Assembly: GCA_963807635.1 (NCBI GenBank)
Contig: CAWEDJ010000003.1
Span: forward strand, 1 to 24,669
Direction: 5' to 3'
Length of the DNA stretch: 24,669 nt
Source: an uncultured cyanobacterium
GTDB taxonomy: Bacteria > Cyanobacteriota > Cyanobacteriia > Cyanobacteriales > Microcystaceae
Part shown: positions 21,664 through 24,669 of the stretch, in pieces
Numbering within the stretch: the first letter of the stretch is position 1
Layout: each line of letters starts with the position of its first letter
Translations under genes and position numbers: made by a program
The notes under the pieces: generated by a model
Told to the model about the DNA's origin: nothing
Databases searched by the model: none
What the model saw: the letters and a program-made list of their open reading frames with translations, nothing else

Positions 21664-21853
21664 AAGATTGGACTATTGATATCAAGAGGCGATCGCAGTT
21701 TTCCTAATGTGTAAGAAGCGATCGCCTCCGAGACTAAAAATGGGAATTCCTGACCAAGGATCATAGGATCAACACTAAATACCACAACTTGATACAATTA
21801 GATTGAACTATGACTCAAATTCCAAGATTTCCCTAATCTGACCCATATTGACT

Positions 21854-23284
21854 ATGTTATCGACAGAATCTCGACCCCAACTCTCTGGGAAGCATTATTT
21901 CACCTCATCTCCCTCAACTTCCCCTAATCAGAATTTATTGCCCCTAACCGCCAAGATTAACGAAAAAGATGCCTTAGAAATCGGCGGTTGTGATGTTCCC
22001 CAGTCGGTCGAACAGTTCGGTTCACCGCTTTATATCTTAGATGAAGTCACTTTGCGGGAAGCTTGCCGTCAGTATCGGGATTCCTTTCGGAAATATTATC
22101 CTGGCGAATCTCAAGTCATTTATGCGTCTAAAGCTTGGAGTTGTTTCGGTGTTTGTGCCGTTGTTGCCAGCGAAGATCTGGGTTTTGATGTGGTTTCGGG
22201 TGGAGAACTGTTTACAACCCTCAATGCCCTAGAACAAATGGGTTGGTCGATCGCCATGCCGCCGCAAAAATTTATTTTCACGGTAATAATAAATCCGTTC
22301 AAGAACTAGAATACGCGATCGCAACAGGCTGCACGATTATTGTCGATAATTGGTTAGAATTACAAAATTTAGTTAAATTAGGAGCCAATTCTCCTGAAAA
22401 AACCATTCGGATCATGTTGCGCCTAACACCTGGCATCCAATGTCATACCCACGAATACATCCGCACAGGACATCTGGATAGTAAATTTGGCTTTGATCTC
22501 CATCAACTCGAAGGGGTCTTTACCTACGTGAGTCAACAACCCAGTTTGAATTGTGTCGGTCTGCACGCCCATATTGGTTCGCAAATTTTTGAACGCCAAC
22601 CCCATCAGGATTTAGGGGTGGTTTTAGTGGAATGGTTCCCAAAAAGGATCGAGCTACGGTTTACCCTTGATGGAATTAAATATTGGTGGCGGTTTAGGAA
22701 TTCGTTATACCGAAAGTGATGATCCCCCTGAGCGTTTGTAAGAATGGGTGAAAGCGGCGGCTGAATCGGTGGTCAAAGCTTGTGAAGTAGCAAAGACGAA
22801 TGGCCTTACCTAAAATTATTGCAGAACACCAGGGCGATCGCTGATTGGAACGGCTTGCGTTGCGCCCTATACCGTTGGTAGTCGCAAAGTTGTCCCCGAA
22901 ATTCGTACCTATATCGCCGTAGATGGAGGAATGTTCCAGATAATCCCCGGCCCATCACCTATCAATCGCAGTATCGGGTTGCCTTAGCCAAGTACGATGT
23001 CGGCACCCTGTCAAGAAAACTGTCACTGTTGCAGGAAACCATTGTGAATCAGGGGATATTCTGATCAAAGAAACTCCCTTACCCGAAACGGAAGCGGGAG
23101 ACATCTTGGTGGTAATGGATACGGGAGCCTATAACTATAGTATGGCTTCTGAATTACAAATCGCTTGCCCCGTCCTGCGGCGGTTTTAGTCAATAACGGA
23201 GAAGCCAACCTCTTCCTTCAACGGGAAACCTACGTTTGATCTGACTCGTCGGGGTTGCCTACCAGACCAGACTGTTCAGAGTAG
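21854..23284 (+). CDS. lysA: Diaminopimelate decarboxylase (apparent frameshifts; 3' end approximate)
   Basis: PLP lysine motif YASKA, HGNNKS, GLHAHIGSQ, NIGGGLG, PGRSL, DNPRP, HCESGD, TGAYNYSMAS. Confidence 0.92.
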
Positions 23285-23340
23285 AACGTCTCGGTTATGA
23301 TTTGTTGATTATTCCTTCTTGCGGTCACGCCTTTTTTCTC

Positions 23341-24262
23341 GTGTCGGGTTTTCCTCCTGACCAACGCTTTCTTTTTTTCTGCACTATTCCACAATATTTT
23401 GGATGTTCGGCCCTTAGCGCTGGCGTTGCTGTACCTGATGCTCCTGATTATTGGTGACGTCGTACTCTCTGGATGATGCGGGGGATGATCGTGTTGATGT
23501 TACTTCAGGTCATCAGCAATCGCCTCCACCTCGATTTATTGAAATTTGTCTTAGAAAAATCAGTCTTAGCAGCGCCGCCGATGGCGATGGCAGTCATTTT
23601 TCAGGCTGAATTTCGACGATTTTGGAATTATTAGGACGAGGGCAGATTTTACAACTCCTCAAGCCCCAAAGCTCTTCCCCCAAAGCCGATAATCTGATTG
23701 ATGAAATGGTTGATGCGGTCAAGGAACTTTCCCAAAATCGCATTGGGGCTTTGATTGTGGTCGAAACCTTTGGAACTTTAGACCGATAAGCTATTTGTCA
23801 ACCAAGGAGTTAAGCTCAACGGGGAAGTGTCAAAGGAATTGCTGCAAACAATTTTTCAGCCTAAAACTCTCTTACATGATGGAGCTGTTTTTATTCGGGG
23901 TTCACGAATTATGGCGGCGGGAGTGATTTTGCCCCTCTCAGAACGAACTGCTTCTAGACAATTGGGAACTCGTCACCGAGCGGCGATGGGAATTACCGAA
24001 CGGAGCGAAAATTGTCTTTGTGTGGTGGTTTCTGAAGAAACAGGGTCGATTACTCTCGCGAGAAAATGGAAATCTCAATCGTCCCCTAACCAGTAGCAAA
24101 CTCAAAGAATTATTAGAAGCAAAATACACACCATTGGTCGAACGAGAATCCGTTGCGCCGAGTTTAGGGCGGCTAGGTCGTACAATTGGTTTACAAAGTA
24201 ATTTGTTTCTCAAACGTTTATTTCTAATTCCCTCATCAACTGCGAAAGACGACAAGAAATGA
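23341..24262 (+). CDS. cdaA: Diadenylate cyclase, membrane-anchored (c-di-AMP synthase); GTG start inferred; apparent frameshifts
   Basis: N-terminal hydrophobic segments, [18 protein letters not shown], the DGA motif (LHDGAV), the RHR motif ([13 protein letters not shown]) and VVSEETGSI. Confidence 0.92.
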
Positions 24263-24669
24263 CCGCTAAACCCATTGTGACCCCAAAACTCCCTGCCGAT
24301 CTTGTTCAAAATCGATTACCGCACCATATTGCAGTCATTATGGATGGCAATGGGCGTTGGGCTAAACGTCGGGGTTTACCTCGTATCATGGGCCATCAAA
24401 GGGGGGTTGATACCCTCAAAAGTTTATTGCGCTGTTGTAATGATTGGGGGATTTCGGCCCTGACTGCCTACGCTTTTTCGACGGAAAACTGGGGCAGACC
24501 GTTGGAAGAAGTGGAATTTTTGATGACGTTGTTTGAACGGGTGTTGCGGAAAGAGTTAAAAGAGATGATGGAAGAAAATGTGCGAATTCGCTTTGTTGGT
24601 AATCTAGAGTCCCTTCCCGCTTCACTTCAGGAAGAAATTAGCCGTTCAATGGCGGATACTCAGAATAAT
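24259..24669 (+). CDS. uppS: Isoprenyl transferase / undecaprenyl diphosphate synthase, 3'-truncated (absent from the ORF track)
   Basis: Open frame to the window end: [49 protein letters not shown]...[24 protein letters not shown] overlap with the cdaA stop. Confidence 0.96.
   Translation, partial: MTAKPIVTPKLPADLVQNRLPHHIAVIMDGNGRWAKRRGLPRIMGHQRGVDTLKSLLRCCNDWGISALTAYAFSTENWGRPLEEVEFLMTLFERVLRKELKEMMEENVRIRFVGNLESLPASLQEEISRSMADTQNN

Larger units (their letters stand above)
14250..22841. repeat. Dispersed HIP1 octamers (GCGATCGC)
   Basis: At least 15 copies counted by eye in the right arm (e.g. 14250, 16090, 16521, 17620, 18472, 21358, 21689, 21718), far more than chance for an 8-mer in 12 kb. 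Confidence 0.9.
12324..24669. repeat. Right arm of the window-spanning inverted repeat
   Basis: Begins AACCACCGAAATTTTTACC, the reverse complement of 12285..12303. Carries the same proteins as the left arm on the opposite strand (e.g. the identical 139-aa NfeD-like ORF). Confidence 0.99.

Noticed and set aside
23341..24262. Nucleotide cyclase as part of an anti-phage (CBASS-like) system
   Set aside because: It is the housekeeping membrane-anchored CdaA in its usual lysA/uppS context, with no effector genes nearby.
1..24669. Widespread pseudogenisation (frameshifts in lysA, cdaA, pstABC, RND, SPFH)
   Set aside because: Most breaks are absent from the mirror copy, fall at homopolymers or GATC/GGCC motifs, and hit core genes. 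They are best explained as sequencing error.
1..24669. Composite transposon or other mobile element bounded by inverted repeats
   Set aside because: No transposase, integrase or target-site duplication is present; the repeats are the housekeeping genes themselves.

Overview
Cyanobacterial DNA (at least 15 HIP1 octamers, GCGATCGC, in the right arm; ndhS; lysA-cdaA-uppS). The whole 24.7-kb window is one giant fold-back: 2..12303 is the reverse complement of 12324..24669, around a 20-nt spacer inside pstS, and both ends stop at the same position in uppS. There is therefore only about 12.3 kb of unique sequence. Its order on the right arm is 'pstS-pstC-pstA-pstB, a small convergent hypothetical gene, NfeD-like, SPFH/stomatin, a short AcrB-type RND permease, ndhS, a HAS-barrel protein, lysA, cdaA and uppS'. 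The arms differ by scattered indels and substitutions that break different genes in each copy and often fall on GATC/CGATCG/GGCC motifs. The most economical reading is one hairpin-joined native duplex read through both strands (long-read fold-back artefact), not a real duplication with pseudogenes. The best genuinely biological oddity, seen identically in both arms, is the ~890-aa RND permease that appears to lack both TolC-docking (DN/DC) subdomains and has no adaptor or outer-membrane partner nearby. I found no convincing new defence system, mobile element or CRISPR array.
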